A DNA stretch of 64,000 bases from positions 5,580,001 to 5,644,000 of the forward strand of contig NC_043013.1 of NCBI RefSeq assembly GCF_006345805.1, written 5' to 3'. Made by a program: the position numbers and the translations under genes. The notes beneath the pieces are model-generated. The model was not told the origin of the DNA. It ran no database searches and was given only the letters and a program-made list of their open reading frames with translations. Below, piece by piece: positions 63,710 through 64,000 of the stretch (its first letter is position 1; every line of letters begins with the position of its first letter). Source of the stretch: Octopus sinensis. Its lineage: Eukaryota.

Positions 63710-63753
63710 TACATACATACATACATACTTACATACATACATACATATATATA

Positions 63754-63801
<48 letters not shown>

Positions 63802-63880
63802 ATATATGCATGCATAGATATCGTTATATGCGTATGTATACATATATACATACATATATATATATATCTTTATATATGTA
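63710..63880 (+). repeat. (CATA)n/(TA)n microsatellite
   Basis: Direct inspection. Confidence 0.9.
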
Positions 63881-64000
63881 TGCTTGTAGGTATGTGCGGA
63901 CATATGCATGTATCTGCGTGTTTGTATAGGATAAATAATAGAGCAGAGAAGAGAGAGATGGAAGGAGAGGAGGATGGGAGGGAGAGAGATGGAAGGAGAG

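Noticed and set aside
47700-64000. A second host gene downstream of PDK
   Set aside because: All coding-like pieces map to TE remnants; no chain of exons found on either strand

Overview
AT-rich, microsatellite-dense animal genomic DNA. Its SINE, MITE and LINE landscape looks like a coleoid cephalopod (Octopus-like); this is an inference. The only host gene I can support is a pyruvate dehydrogenase kinase (PDK) on the + strand. I assembled ten coding exons by hand from 4772 to 47501. All introns are GT-AG with consistent phases, and the protein keeps the ELFKNAMRA, DxGxG, GYGYGLP and C-terminal DW motifs. The 5' exons lie upstream of the window. The rest is intron or intergenic sequence filled with transposon material: a young CR1-group LINE, an RTE LINE with a PHD finger, Gypsy, Tc1/mariner and Penelope-like remnants, piggyBac-type and hAT MITEs, several tRNA-derived SINE families, a tRNA-Asp pseudogene and many fold-back palindromes. 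Most ORFs in the supplied track are microsatellite artefacts. I found no convincing new multi-gene system. The most unusual observations are listed as findings: a frameshifting 125-bp perfect duplication in the LINE RT, an identical MITE dimer junction at two loci 57 kb apart, a tandem repeat built on the PDK stop codon, a fully CpG-decayed tRNA-Asp SINE chimera, and a very AT-rich but CpG-enriched block. All counts and alignments were done by eye and need computational confirmation.
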